Assembly (NCBI GenBank): GCA_003427395.1
Contig: BFEA01000026.1
Coordinates: 4,080,404-4,144,403, forward strand
Length of the DNA stretch: 64,000 bases
From: Chara braunii
Taxonomy: Eukaryota > Plantae > Charophyceae
Reading direction: 5' to 3'
Shown here: positions 38,712-51,517 of the stretch, in pieces
Numbering within the stretch: position 1 is the stretch's first letter
Layout of the letters: each line of letters begins with the position of its first letter
Notes under the pieces: model-generated
Database searches by the model: none
What the model was told of the DNA's origin: nothing
The model's input: the letters and a program-made list of their open reading frames with translations, nothing else
Position numbers and translations under genes: made by a program

Positions 38712-39689
38712 AAGAAGAAGGTGAATTTGAGACAAAAATATAGCCTTACTAAGTTTTTTTTTTTTTTTGACTTTTTAGTATATCTCATCAAACAGATATA
38801 AATATACATATATATATGGATATATGTATGTATATGTATGTATATGCCTGTATGTATAAGGGCAAGTGGGTGAAGGGGGGGAAAGGTAAGGACTTCGATG
38901 AGAATCAACCTTGGCTTGGTTTTCGAGGTAAAAAAAAAAAAAAAAAAAACTGAGAAGACACTCGCGCGCGCTCGACGATTGCGCGCGATTGGGCGCGCAC
39001 CCTGAGCTGAAAATTGGCCCGCCGATGGGCTATGTCGAGGAGCTGAGGTGGTCCAAATCTTAGAGCAAATGGTCCAGTGGATGATGAGATATCGAAGATC
39101 TAGGGCGCGCCATGAAATTCGCCATGAAATTCGAGTGTGTCGGGTGCTGAGAACGACGGGGGCATGAGGTGGTGGTTGTATGACTTCGGGCTTTATTTGG
39201 TACGATGCAGCTGTTCATGAGATGACGTAGTGATTCCGAATCTGCCTTGTTCTTCAACTATATGTAAGTGTGTGGTAACTTTACGGCTATGGTGGTTCGA
39301 ACCTCCTGTGGTGACTTGTCAACGGGCTTGGCGAGGGGTGCCACACTGTTTTCGACTCCCTACAGGGATCGAAGATGGCCGCTTATACCTTTGGAGTCAG
39401 TGTTGCCTTGGGCCTTGAACTAGCAGCGGGAGGAAGTGAACTCTTCTTCCCCCAGAGGTGCAGAGGTAGGGTTTGAAGGGTGAGACGTAAGTGGAAGGAA
39501 GGGTTGAAGAAGAAGGGAGAAGGTTTTTTTCTTAGCTTTCACTTCGTCCAGGATCTGCGCCGTCACAGTTGGGCCCTGTTTTAAAGATTGAGTGTCTGGC
39601 ATGGTTTCGTGTCCTTAGTCGTTTGATGATCAACATGGTTTTGATGCTTTCATTGATTACTCTTCGTGGATTTCTTTGATTTTGCTCAA

Positions 39690-40085
39690 AGGGATACGAT
39701 TAGGTTATCTTCAAAACTATTCTTCTAATATTCTCGAAATAATTTCCTATTAAAGACTCCAAAAAAACTTTGGGATACGACTAGGTTATCTTCAAAACTA
39801 TTCTTCCAATATTCTTCCAATATTCTCGAAATATTTTCCTAGTAAAGTCTCCAAAAAAAAAAAAACTTCTGATTCTCGAAATATTCTTCTATAAAAGCTT
39901 TTACAAATATTCTTGAAATATTCTTCTATAATAAGCATCTAAAAAACTTCTGATTCTACAAATCGAAATATTTTCCTATAGAAGCTTCCCAAATCTAACT
40001 GCTGATTCTCAAAATATTTTCCTATAAAAGCTTCTAAAAATATTCTCGAAATACTTTCCTATAAAAGCTTCTAAAAAACTTCTCA
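39690..40085. repeat. Degenerate AT-rich tandem repeat (aatattctcgaaatattttcctataaaagcttc)
   Basis: Motif recurs about 7 times with variable spacing. Confidence 0.8.
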
Positions 40086-40224
40086 CTCTACACAATCGTT
40101 AGTCTGGTTTTTTACTGGTACTGGTAATAAGTCTTAGTGATTTCAATGGTCGAAGGTCCTAATGGCATGTGGTCTCAAAAATCGACTAAAATTCGCTTCT
40201 GAAATTTCGTGAATTCATATGGGG

Positions 40225-40801
40225 CGGTTCTGTTGAGCTTGGGGATCNGTCCAAGATGGAGGGCAAAGGGCACGAGATGACTCTTTGTGAGGACGGAGAG
40301 AGGGTGCATCGGGGCTGTCTGAGGGGTACCGGCTAGGGGAACTTTCATTGGATGCGATTGGCGTCGGGCAGCTTTGGTTGTCGGATGGGTACCGGCTGAT
40401 GAGGGTTCACTCTGGTGCGATTGGCCTCAGGCGGTGCTGGCTCACCCCCTTGATGACGGAAACTGGAATCTCCGAGGGGGCAGGAGATTGCAGGGTGAGG
40501 ATTGTGTCTGGCTCTTGCTGAGGACATGGTCTGTCGAACTCTTTACTAGAACGGAGTTGGGGAAGAGAAGGAGGTGAGTGGAGGTTCTGTTGGGTTTTGG
40601 GGGTTCTGTTCAAGGTGAGGGGTAAAGGGCACGAGATGATTCTTTGTGAGGACGGAGAGAGGGTGGAATTAGGTTGTCCGAGGGGTGTCGGCTGGGGGAT
40701 CTTTCATTAGATGCGATTGGCATCGGGCAGCCTTAGTTGTCGGATGGGTACCAGCTGATGAGGGTTCATGCTGGTGCGATTGGCCTCGGGCAGCGCTGGC
40801 T
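40225..40801. repeat. Tandem duplication of about 360 bp; the second unit is split by the Gypsy element and resumes at 53810
   Basis: aaagggcacgagatga at about 40264 and 40624; 40451-40565 matches 53821-53935. Confidence 0.85.
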
Positions 40802-43090
40802 TGTGATACGCAACCTCACGCCCCCTCGCAGCTTCCCGTACGGGGTCGCCGATCAGAGTTCTAGGAGGGGCGTGACCGAGGATTTTTGGCCGTAAGGGTT
40901 GAGTCNNNNNNNNNNNNNNNNNNNNNNNNNNNNNNNNNNNNNNNNNNNNNNNNNNNNNNNNNNNNNNNNNNNNNNNNNNNNNNNNNNNNNNNNNNNNNNN
41001 NNNNNNNNNNNNNNNNNNNNNNNNNNNNNNNNNNNNNNNNNNNNNNNNNNNNNNNNNNNNNNNNNNNNNNNNNNNNNNNNNNNNNNNNNNNNNNNNNNNN
41101 NNNNNNNNNNNNNNNNNNNNNNNNNNNNNNNNNNNNNNNNNNNNNNNNNNNNNNNNNNNNNNNNNNNNNNNNNNNNNNNNNNNNNNNNNNNNNNNNNNNN
41201 NNNNNNNNNNNNNNNGGCCTCGTCATCGGCCTCACGAAGTGGCCGAACCCTCGGGTCTTTTGCTGTAGAGGTGGTTGGTTCGAGGCCTTCAAGCCTCAGC
41301 GTCGGACTCATAGAGCCCGCGCGAAAGTTTCCGGGAGGGTAAAGCGGAGGGAGGACTCGCCGGCATCTGAATTCGAAATTGCGCGGGCAGCGCCCCCGCA
41401 CTACGGGAAAGCTCGGGGAAACGTGTCGCTCCCTCGTAACCCAGGACCAGTCGTCGCCACGAACACGAGTCCCCCTGATGACACCAGCGACAATCAAACT
41501 GCGGTCGCCACGGGGCGTGAGCGGCCGACCAGGCAACACCGTTAAACCTGTATAAGGCAATATTAGAGTCGGGGAATCAAAGCGATCAATCAACACAAAC
41601 CCGTTCCCCCTTATCTCACGAGCCCGAGGCGGGTCTTGCCAACACACTTGCTCTGTCCGCCTCAGCGCGCGCCGTACGTCCGCATCGCAGTAGATGCTGT
41701 CGTCATCTGTGATGGGGAACACCGAATCCATACAACAATCGTCGCAACTCTTCTCTCTCAAAAGTGGGTGTGTAGGGGGAGGATGACGAAATCTAAGTTT
41801 TCTCCCCTTGGCGGGGGCGTTGACCGTCCGCGCGGACGCAGGCGGTTGACGTCACCGGTACGGGACGAGAGGCTCTAAAAGGTGATGACTGTTAGTTTAA
41901 AAGGAAGGCGATCGAAAAGGGAGAGAGAGAGTTACGCCAAGACCGCGCGAGAGCGTAGGAAAGGCCGCGGAGGGGAGGGGAACAACCGGATCAACACACT
42001 CATACTCCTAACCAGACGGTCCCCCAGTTCAGTTTCCCCATCCCCGCCCGGACGAGTACATACACACATACATGCATGCAATCGACAACCCTTGACAGGA
42101 CATCTAGTCATCCATGGACCTTCGACGTTACCCATGCGCATAACCAGCTCCCATCACTCGGGGCTTCACACACACGATATGCATAGACAAAGCAGCGATG
42201 GAGATAAAAGCGAGTCCTTCTTGTACACAAAAANTTCAATTAACTGNTNCNCCCAGGCNCAGCCTTCAAAACTTCCCAAGACCACCGACCACCATAGCCA
42301 CAAGGCCCTGCCGCGGCCGGCGTCCAATCCCCACCACTGCTCAGTCCCTCCGACTGCTTCGCCCCGAGACTACCGCGGAGTCCACCCCACGTCGTCACTC
42401 CGCCCGACCTTGGGCTCATCGAGCCTATTCGGCGCCGCGGACTCTCGCGCATAGCTCGCGCAACATTGCAGCCGAGATCAAAAGGAGGGAGAGGAGAGGG
42501 TTGCGCAAATTTATAGCGCGGGAGGCGGCGGGTTAACAGCGCGAGGTGTAGATGAGCAGGACAGGAGAGAGAGGTGGGGAGTTAGAGGGTTCGATCCGCG
42601 GGATTGCCTGGCTACGTGATTGGGATGTTCGTCCAAGTGGTGCGCGATTTCCTGCTTTCCACATTGATCCGAGCATCCCAACTATGCAGCCAATTACTTC
42701 GCGGAGGAAGACGGGGTAAGGATCAAGCTGGGCGTAGGGGAAGACGAAGAGTCCTGCATGGGGAAAACGCGCGCAGCAAGAAGGAAAGATGGCGCGAGGA
42801 TGCAAAGCAAGAAACGGGGATGCGAGACGCGCGAAGAAACCGGAGCTTGGGTCCGCGCGAAAAAATTCAAAAAGTCCCAACCGCACCCGTTTCTTGGTTT
42901 TCATACCGTGGCCGCTATTCGCCCGCGGGAGTTATTAACCAAACAAAATGAAAAAGCCGTTTCAAAAAGAAAACAAAAGCAANNNNNNNNNNNNNNNNNN
43001 NNNNNNNNNNNNNNNNNNNNNNNNNNNNNNNNNNNNNNNNNNNNNNNNNNNNNNNNNNNNNNNNNNNNNNNNNNNNNNNNNNNNNNNNNN
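40802..43090 (-). repeat. 3' LTR (inner boundary estimated, falls in an N gap)
   Basis: Matches the 5' LTR up to the gap at 42983. Confidence 0.88.
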
Positions 43091-43542
43091 NNNNNNNNNN
43101 NNNNNNNNNNNNNNNNNNNNNNNNNNNNNNNNNNNNNNNNNNNNNNNNNNNNNNNNNNNNNNNNNNNNNNNNNNNNNNNNNNNNNNNNNNNNNNNNNNNN
43201 NNNNNNNNNNNNNNNNNNNNNNNNNNNNNNNNNNNNNNNNNNNNNNNNNNNNNNNNNNNNNNNNNNNNNNNNNNNNNNNNNNNNNNNNNNNNNNNNNNNN
43301 NNNNNNNNNNNNNNNNNNNNNNNNNNNNNNNNNNNNNNNNNNNNNNNNNNNNNNNNNNNNNNNNNNNNNNNNNNNNNNNNNNNNNNNNNNNNNNNNNNNN
43401 NNNNNNNNNNNNNNNNNNNNNNTTTTTTTTTTTATATATATATATACAGCGCGTATCGTCGCGCGAGCTTTTAGATCCGGAAAAGAAGAAGAAAAAGAGG
43501 AGAAGGAGAAGGAGAGGACAGGGGAGAGGTAGACGAGGGTGA

Positions 43543-44176
43543 TCAGAGGAAGTGATCTATGTCGGGATTGAGAGGGGGCGGAATAGGTGGAAGAAAAGCG
43601 GCCATTGCCGCAGGAATCATCGGCGCATCTTCCTCATGGAAGTGATGCTGGATGAATGAGGGGTAAAGGAAAGCCCCCGGCACATGTGAGAGGACACGTG
43701 GCGCCAGATCCGCTACCGCTCGCACCACCCGCTTGCGCACCGATCAGGGCCCTCGACCCGTCATCACCACATGAGTCTCGGTGTAAGGCCGCCGCTCCCG
43801 CTTCTGCACCGCGAAGACAAGGAAGTGGTACATTGCGTTTGGACGCTGCCCGGCCTTGTAGATGAGCGTCCCAGCCAATCGCGCCGCAATACACCCTTGG
43901 AAAGGGGGTGTCAGATATGGCTCCCACGCCGGATCAGGGCGCAGCGCCCCCGCGATGGCCTCGAGCCTGATGGTGGTGGGCTCCAACATGAAGTCCACCT
44001 TGGTCGGATGGACCGTCCAGCTCGGATGAACTACTAATGTCAATGACCGGGGCACCCCGGGGTGGCTGGCGGGAACGGAGAGGTCCCACGAGGACGGGGG
44101 GGTCTGGATATGGGATCCGGAAATCCCATTCGGCTTCCTCCTCCGGCTGCTGCTGCTGATGATGGCCTGGCTCCAT
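43543..44176 (-). pseudogene. Gypsy accessory ORF X3 (frameshift near 44000, stop at 43744)
   Basis: MEPGHHQQQQPEEEAEW... joined to in-frame ORFs 43744..44055 and 43543..43740. Confidence 0.5.
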
Positions 44177-44290
44177 CAAGATTGAGATCGGGCATACGCG
44201 GAATGGGCGGCGATGGCACGATAGTCTCCTTAAGGAGCGTCGCCGCGCTCCCAGACACAGGGTCATGAATCCGCGTACGTGAGGGCTGAA

Positions 44291-44900
44291 TCACCTCCAC
44301 AGACCGCCGATCCTGCTGCCTTGCGCTCCTGGCGATGGGTGGCGTCTCTTCCTCTTCGGCGTCTTCTTGGGGGCCTTCGGTGGCACTGGTCGAGGATACG
44401 ACGAGGGAGGACGCAACGGCCTTTCCTCCGGGAAGTCCTCCAATCTCTCCGCGCGCTGCGCAATGTAATCCGGGATGACGACCGCGTTGTACGTTCTCCG
44501 CGGGGCCGTCGTCGTCCGCAATCGTGGTTGGATCTCCTCCTCCTCGCTCGCGATCACTTGTGCAATGGAGAGGAGCTCAAGATGTATGAGCTCCAACAAT
44601 CCCGGATCGATTGTCTGGAGCAGGGCAAAGGGGTACAGCGCCACCGTCCCTTCCTTCTCCGCTGGCTTGGGCCGCGCGATGACGTAGTAAACGACGAAGT
44701 GCTCCCCGATAGCGTAACCGGAACATCCCCTGCGCCACCGACTTGTACAGCGCACGGTGCAACTCCCACGCGTCTTCATCGGCGAAGGCCAGCGGCTCCA
44801 CGTCAGTTAGCTCCACCAAATACTCCGAGAACTCGCGCATGGGGTAAGGGTCCTCCGTGAGCTGGTAGGGGAGGGTGGTGTAGGAGAAGAAAGGAGGCAT
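44291..44900 (-). pseudogene. Gypsy accessory ORF X2 (frameshift near 44720; basic Pro-rich tail KKTPKRKRR)
   Basis: Protein-like halves in ORFs 44577..44900 and 44291..44779. Confidence 0.55.
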
Positions 44901-45449
44901 TTAGTACGGGACAGGGGGAATAGCTTGGAGGTTGAGAGGAGCAGCGGGAGGGAGAAGCGCAGGGAGCTGCGGCACCAACGCAATCGGTCTGTCCTCTGCC
45001 CTACGCAGTAGCACTTCGTGGGCTGTGAATCGGTGCCCCCCCCGTCCTTGCACTCTGGCCACTGATCTGGCCGCTTCCACCACGTATTCGGGCACAAAGC
45101 TGCGCGCCGGTTCCTGATTCCGCTGCGGTAGGACCGTCAAGTCTCCGATGAAGGTGGCGACGCTGTGCACGAAGTTGGGTGCCACCTGGAGCGCACGGAA
45201 CTCAATGAATACTAGGGTCGTCTCCCGGCCAGGCATCTGTGTCACGTCCACGTACACTCCCGCATATGTCAGCCGATCGCAAAGCAACGAGTACGCTGCC
45301 AAATCATCAACCCCGGGCGCTGGCACGTTCACCTGTTGGATGTCGTACCGCAACTGCCTCTCCTCATTAAACCGATGCCGCAACAAGCGATCTGCAAGCG
45401 GCGTCTGGAAGTGCTCGAGGGGCTCATGCTCCGGCTGGCGATGGTTCAT
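44901..45449 (-). CDS. Gypsy accessory ORF X1 (about 182 aa, unknown function)
   Basis: Open frame between the integrase and the 3' LTR; its TAA directly abuts the ATG of X2. Confidence 0.6.
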   Translation of the reverse strand: MNHRQPEHEPLEHFQTPLADRLLRHRFNEERQLRYDIQQVNVPAPGVDDLAAYSLLCDRLTYAGVYVDVTQMPGRETTLVFIEFRALQVAPNFVHSVATFIGDLTVLPQRNQEPARSFVPEYVVEAARSVARVQGRGGHRFTAHEVLLRRAEDRPIALVPQLPALLPPAAPLNLQAIPPVPY

Positions 45450-45834
45450 CCTGCTCCCTGAAACTCTCAGCACCAATGGACGAGGCAGATCGGGAAGAGG
45501 AGGAGGATGAAGAAGGAGAGGGTGATCTCGCAGGAGCGGGGGTCCGTAGGGGACCTAGCGATGGCTGGAAGGGCCGGAGCGCAGCAGCGTGCCGTGTCAG
45601 CAGTCGGGCCTGGGAGTTGTGACGGGGAATCAGCTTCACGGAGTGCTGTCCCTATGTGCCAACTTCCGTGACCTCGTAAATGCCTGTGTAGCGCGGGTGG
45701 ATCTTGGAGGAACGCGCAGATTTCCATACCTTCACCAAGTCCCCAACTTTATAGCGGGACAGTGGTCCCGCCGACGCGTGTCGATTCTCGTAGTCACGGA
45801 TCTACCGTTGATGTGTTCGATCTACGGCCTGGTG

Positions 45835-47181
45835 TCAACGGCGAGCTAACGGGGGATAGGCCCTAGCCATTAAGTCCATGTAGTGGCGGGCCTTGTCTCG
45901 ATTCTGGGCCCGTGTTGCTCTAACTTTCGTACCTACTAAGGGGGACAATTGCACACGAGGGACACTATTGGTTCTCAGTTGAAAGGGGGACACCCCACTA
46001 CTACCGTGTGGGGTAGCCCGATAAACGACCAAAATGTGATCGACAATGACCGGCCATCGTCGGGTGTCTCCCGCAGTGATATTTCGTCTAAGGGCCGTCT
46101 TAATCAGTCGGTTGGCATTCTCTACCAGGCCATTGGCTTGAGGCCAATGCCCCGGTGAGTAGATAATCTTAACGTCCGCCCTGACTAGGTGACGTTCTAC
46201 TTCGCCTTGAAATTCCGACCCATTGTCCATGTGTACCTCTTCTACGTCTAGATGCATGCACAAAAATCGATTTACATACCAAGCTACTTCCTGCGGATTC
46301 CGGCTGGTCATAGGGTACGCCTCGATCCATTTTGAAAAATGATCGACGGCCACTAAAAGAACATCGAGCTCTCCCTAATCGACGGGCCCTCTCGGAATGT
46401 TGATATCCGTCGTATCGATGCTAACCCTCTGAAAGGGGCGCTCTACACGAGTGGGAACCATCGTCCGAGGCATCTGTACCGGCGCCTTATCCGCCGTGCA
46501 GGCCGGGCAATTCTGAACGATGTATTTCACATCTTTCCGAATTCCCAACCAGTACCATCCGTTCTTTTCGATGGCTTTTTCCGTGTACTTGACCGCGAAA
46601 TGGACCGCATCCTCCTCATGAGCAGCTCGTGTCCAATCGAACCTAGCAAGAGGGTTTGGAACCGTCAACCGGCTAGACTCTCCGTCGTCATCAACCTTCC
46701 GTTTTTGTAACGTCGAGCCCTGCCAGCGATAGTCCTTCGCCCGCTCCGTGACTCTCCGCCGTTCGGCTTTGGTAAGTTCTGACAACGAGTCGCCTGACAG
46801 TCTCCACAGCAACAGAAGGTCCATCCAGGTTTCTGCCCGGCGGGCACTTGGCGCAAATCCGTCGGTTGTTCTAGCGTCCAGATACCGCTTCTCGGTAAGG
46901 ACTTGGTCCGTTCTACAGTTGGGACGGACCCACGTCTTTTCACTTCGGTACCTAACGCACTGTCCGTGAGATTTGACCGTATAACACTGACTACACTGTA
47001 CCCATAAAAGAAAACTGGGCCCTCCCAGATGTGACCCTTCTTGGTCCGGGATCATAGGCAAGGTACAGAAGAAACAGGGACTTAGGTGTGTTTCAGGGGA
47101 CAAGTTGGGGCTAGACGAGAGAGCGAGGGAGTGGGATGAGGGCAGAGAGATAGCGTCGGCCATCTCCGATGAAACCTCCAT
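45835..47181 (-). pseudogene. Pol: PHD-like finger, HHCC zinc domain and integrase core
   Basis: AHEEDAVHF...CPAC; PFQRVSID, VDHFSKW, MDNGSEF, QANGLVE. Confidence 0.92.
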
Positions 47182-47188
47182 TCCGTAC

Positions 47189-49479
47189 TCAGGCGTCGTC
47201 CTTACGCAGCATGTGTAGCTCCCCGTAGTGCGGTTTCGTCGCCGCGACTTCTGGCCTCCACGGAATGAGTCGCTCGTTGGCGGGACACTTGTTGGGCAGC
47301 AGAAGGTGCGTTAATCCATCGGCGTTACCATGCTGCCGCGTGGCACGGTGGCAGATGTCGAAGTCATAGTCTTGCAGACGCACCGCCCACCTGCCCAGCG
47401 TCCCCGTGTAGTCTGTGTTGTTGCGTAGGGACAGTAGCGGCTGATGATCCGTTACCAGCACGAATTTCTGGTCGTACAGATACAGTCGGAAATGCTGAAT
47501 CCCCCACACCACCGCCAGGCATTCACCTTTGCACGCTTCGTAATTAGCCTGCACCTGGCTCAATGTCTTGGACGCATACTCAATGACGTGCTCCCTTCCG
47601 TCCTTGCCGTGCCGAGTCAGCACCGCCGATATCGCCTGAGGCTGCCAGTCTGTGTACAGTGCGAACGGTCTTGTCGGGTCGGGGCGTGCCAACACAAGAG
47701 CAAATGTCAGAGCCTCCTTCAATGCCTGAAACGCTGCTTCGCATTCCGGCGTCCAGATCAGCTGTTCCTCTTTCTTCAGCAGGTTCGTGAGGGGCTTCGC
47801 TATGCCGGCGAACCCCTTGATAAAGCGTCGGTAATAGGATGCCAGCCCTAGAAAAGCCCGAACCTGGGTGAGTGTGACACGCGCTGGGGCGTCTTGAACT
47901 GCTGCCACCTTCCTCGGATCCGGTTTTAGTCCGTCGACTATGACGATATACCCCAAGAATGAGATCTCCGACAAGAAGAACTCGCTTTTCTCCAAGGCCA
48001 CTTTGAACCCTGCATCTTTCAGTGCATGCAAAACCCACTCAATGTGTTCCACAGGGTACTCGTGTGTTTTTGAAAAGACCAAAATATCATCCATGTACAC
48101 AATCACGCAGAAATTGATCAGGGGCTGGGTTAGTCGGGTTTTGTTAACGAACTCGGCGAAGGCCATATTCATGGCCCGCTGAAACGTTGCAGGGGCGTTA
48201 CAAATTCCCATGGGACACCAGACCCATTGCCACGTGCCCTCAAACAGGACAAAGGCAGTTTTGGGTCGGTCCTCCGGTCGGACTGCGACGTGGTGAAAAC
48301 CGTGAACTTGGAAAAGACTTGAGCGGTCCCGATAGCATCTAACAAATCATCGATTCGCGGCAAGGGATACACATCTTTGGTAGTGATGGCGTTCAATTTC
48401 CGGTAGTCGATACATACCCGAACCGAGCCATTTCGTTTTGGCACGAGGACCACGGGAAAAGACCATGGTCCCAGCGATGGTTCGACCCACCCCAACCGCT
48501 CGAATTCCCGTACCCTTTCCAACGCCAGCTGCCTTTCTTTAAGGGAATATTGGTACGGTCGGCAATGTATCGGGGCGTGATCACCGGTGTCAATCGCGTG
48601 TTGTATCAAAGGGGTTAGCGCTATTTCGTGGTCCTGAATGCTGACGGCCTCAGGATAGGCCCGTATAACCGTCAAGAGGAGGCGTTTGTATTCGTCCGGA
48701 ACACGGGCTGGTAACTGAACTTCTACGGTTCCCCCAGGAAAGGAGACCGTCGTCGTAACCGTGGGGACCGCCGCGTTGGCATCGAGTGAGGCCCCAAACA
48801 AAGAGTTGTCGGTTTTCGCCGAAAGGACCGTCGCAATAAGTTGGCTGTCCGCCTGACTCATCGGCTCGCTTTCCATGTCACTGTCACTATCTAGTTCGGG
48901 TTCGGCCAAAGGTTCGACCGAAAAGGCCTGCGCCAGTTCCCTCGGTCCCCACCGATACTTCCTCGTTCGGGGTTGAAACGACACCCCCTCTTTCAGGAGT
49001 ATCGCGGCTTTTTCATTTGTGAGTAGGGGGCGTGGAGGTCGAAAAGATAAATCGCACAGCCCCCTTAGCTCGGTAAATCTTTCAGGTAGGGGGTCCGTCC
49101 GGAGATACAAGAACGCAGGGGGTTCCGAAAGGTCAGCTATTCGGGACACCCTCAGCAGGGGTTCCCCCTGCACCACGGAGGAGAACGCGTGCAACCAATT
49201 GGACTCGCTCCGAACTATTTCCAGTGGTTCTCGCCGCCAAGAATGGCGCCACCGATCCTGTACTCGGATCAGATATCGGTCGGGTGCATCAGTCTTGTCA
49301 GCTTCCGTCGAGGGTTCCTTTTCGTCTGGTGACAGGCGTCGGATCATGTTGATTTGATGGGCTTTAGTGGTGAGGCGAGGCGCCGGCTGGGTGCGCATGC
49401 GCACCGCCAGTCTCATTGGTTTCGTTTGGGGTTTGGGGTGGGCCGATGTGAGCACCACCTTACAGCTGTCAAAGTGCAT
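47189..49479 (-). pseudogene. pol: Pol: reverse transcriptase and RNase H
   Basis: RVCIDYRKLN, YPLPRIDDLL, GICNAPATFQR, VYMDD, FLGLASYYRRFI, LYTD, LVTDH, NADGL; frameshifted. Confidence 0.95.
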
Positions 49480-49499
49480 TCACGCTCCGACCGCCGCCT

Positions 49500-51321
49500 G
49501 CCACGGAATGCCTAGCAGAACATCATACGCCTATACATCCAGCACGATCACGTCACACAAACAATGCACCCGCCCCACCCGTATGGGCACGTTCGTTATC
49601 CGCCCTTTACAATGAATACTATCTTCCGTAGCGGATATATACAGTTCATCCGGCCGAAGGGGCTGAACCTGTCCTTTCCTTCCCAACTGTTTCGTCAATC
49701 TCCAAGAAATGGCGACCGCCGATGATCGCGAGTCTAGGATGGCGGCCGAGGGGTTTCCCCAGACCTGACAGTCACACTCTACGCTTTTCCAGGTTATAGG
49801 ATAGGCCCGGAGGAATACCTCGGGTTTTTCCGAGGCAGAATCTACGGTCTGTATCATTCCTATCCGGTTGGCTTCGTGCACCTCTGAGGTCGAGGGCTGT
49901 GACTCCTCGTTAGTGGGTGGGTCCCGTAGGACCGGCTGTTTGCCCTTTCGACTTTCCTCGAATCGGTGCCTGTTTTTGAGGCACCGTTCGATCAACTTTT
50001 CGTTAGCCGCTTCAAAAATGGTTAGCAGATATGGAATAGGGACGGGGATCCGAAGATCCAGAGCCTTCAAGGCATCCAATACGTCGGGACCAGGTACCGC
50101 AAGATCCTCGAATCCTGGTCGCCACGACCCGAGGTCGCTTTCCTCGGTAATTCGTTGGACGTGACGTATCACTCCGATGGTCCCGTGTTCGAACATTGTT
50201 GCCGCCATGTACTCATCGGGTCCTATCTCAGTGGCCGCCGGGGTCACCATCTTCGTCGTTCCTGTGTCCATTACCGTGGCTACCCTCCCCTGTCCTGCAA
50301 CGGTGGGAGCAGCCATCGGGATTTGGGAAGGTCTGGTGGGCCCGCCCTGAGTTCGGGGTTTCGGACAATCTTTCGCAAGGTGGCCTGGCTGATTACAGTT
50401 ATAACAGCGTAGGGGTGGGACAGCCCCGGCCACGGCCAGTCTTATCATAGGGGCTCCGGCAGCCATAGCCGCCTGTTGTCGTTGTGCGGTGGCTATGCGT
50501 TGCCGTTTCAAACCTTGAACAAACTATGTCAACGGGGCTACTACCGTAACTAGTTGGGTCGCGACTTCTTTCATGGATGCTTCTTCCTCGCCCCGGCTTC
50601 CTTGCGTTTGACTAGAGCGACGGGAGTTCGAAGCAGAGGAAGAAGCTTTCCGATCCAAGCCTTTTTTTGTCGGTCCCACCCTGAAGCGATCTTCGAACAT
50701 TCGTGTCGTAGCGGAGTAGTTATTGCGTCGAACACTCGAAGGGTCATCTTCGTCGGATTCTGAGTCCAGGCCCACATCGTAATTTTCTTTCCCGTACTTA
50801 ATTGCGTACTGAATTAGCTCCATCAGGGTATGTTCTATAGGGTTGCATTTCTTGCGGATTTTTTTCCGCAGACGAGAGTTTGACAGTCCTCTGACAAAAT
50901 CAGTCCGTACCATTTTCTCATCCACCCCGGAGCGTTCGGCTAGGTACGTAAAACGTTCAGCATATCTAGCCAAGGTCTCCCGAGGCTGGTGTGTGTATTC
51001 CTTTATTAAACGGAGGCATTGACCAGGTGCGATGTGATCAAATCTATCGAGAAATTTCCTCTGGAAGGCTGCCCAATTAGTGAAGGGGTTTTGTCCGTAC
51101 CACTCAAAAGCGGTTCCGGCTAACCTTCCGGGAATTCGTTCTCGGAGCAACTGGTCCGACCAGCCTTGGGCTTTCAAGGCAGCTAGCCAGGTGAGAGGAT
51201 CGGTGTCATCTTCAGAAAAAATGGGAACTTCGGAGGGAGGAGGTACAAAGTACAGGGGATGATTGGTCATCCCCGTGTGGTTGTCGCCGTCGTTTTCACC
51301 CCCGATTCCGGGTTCCACCAT
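49500..51321 (-). pseudogene. gag: Gag (retrotransposon gag domain, CCHC knuckle) and aspartic protease
   Basis: LAGTAFEWY...W..FQRKFLDRF...Q..RETL..Y..RF; CYNCNQPGHLAKDC; AILDSRS (DSG-like); in-frame stops. Confidence 0.9.
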
Positions 51322-51505
51322 CGCAGGAGGCGGGTTTCGAGCCCGGCCCCTCGCTCGGTTCTGATTGTCATTCGCGGGCCTCCGTCGACGGGGAGCCAGC
51401 CTACTCGAAAATGCAAAAAATCTTATGAAAAGATAAAAAAGAAAAAGGGGGAAACTTTAAAACAGGGTAATCGTCCTAGGAAAACCTCGGAGCCGAAACG
51501 AATCA

Positions 51506-51517
51506 GCTCTGATATCA
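51506..51517 (-). promoter_or_regulatory. Primer-binding site, tRNA-iMet type (TGATATCAGAGC vs canonical TGGTATCAGAGC)
   Basis: 11/12 match, directly inside the 5' LTR. Confidence 0.8.

Noticed and set aside
39690-40085. Repeat-spacer-like AT-rich array
   Set aside because: Units are degenerate copies of each other with no distinct spacers.
41216-42950. ORFs of 110-190 aa duplicated in both LTRs
   Set aside because: Shared because the LTRs are recent copies; GC-rich, open on both strands, with indels between copies and no domain.
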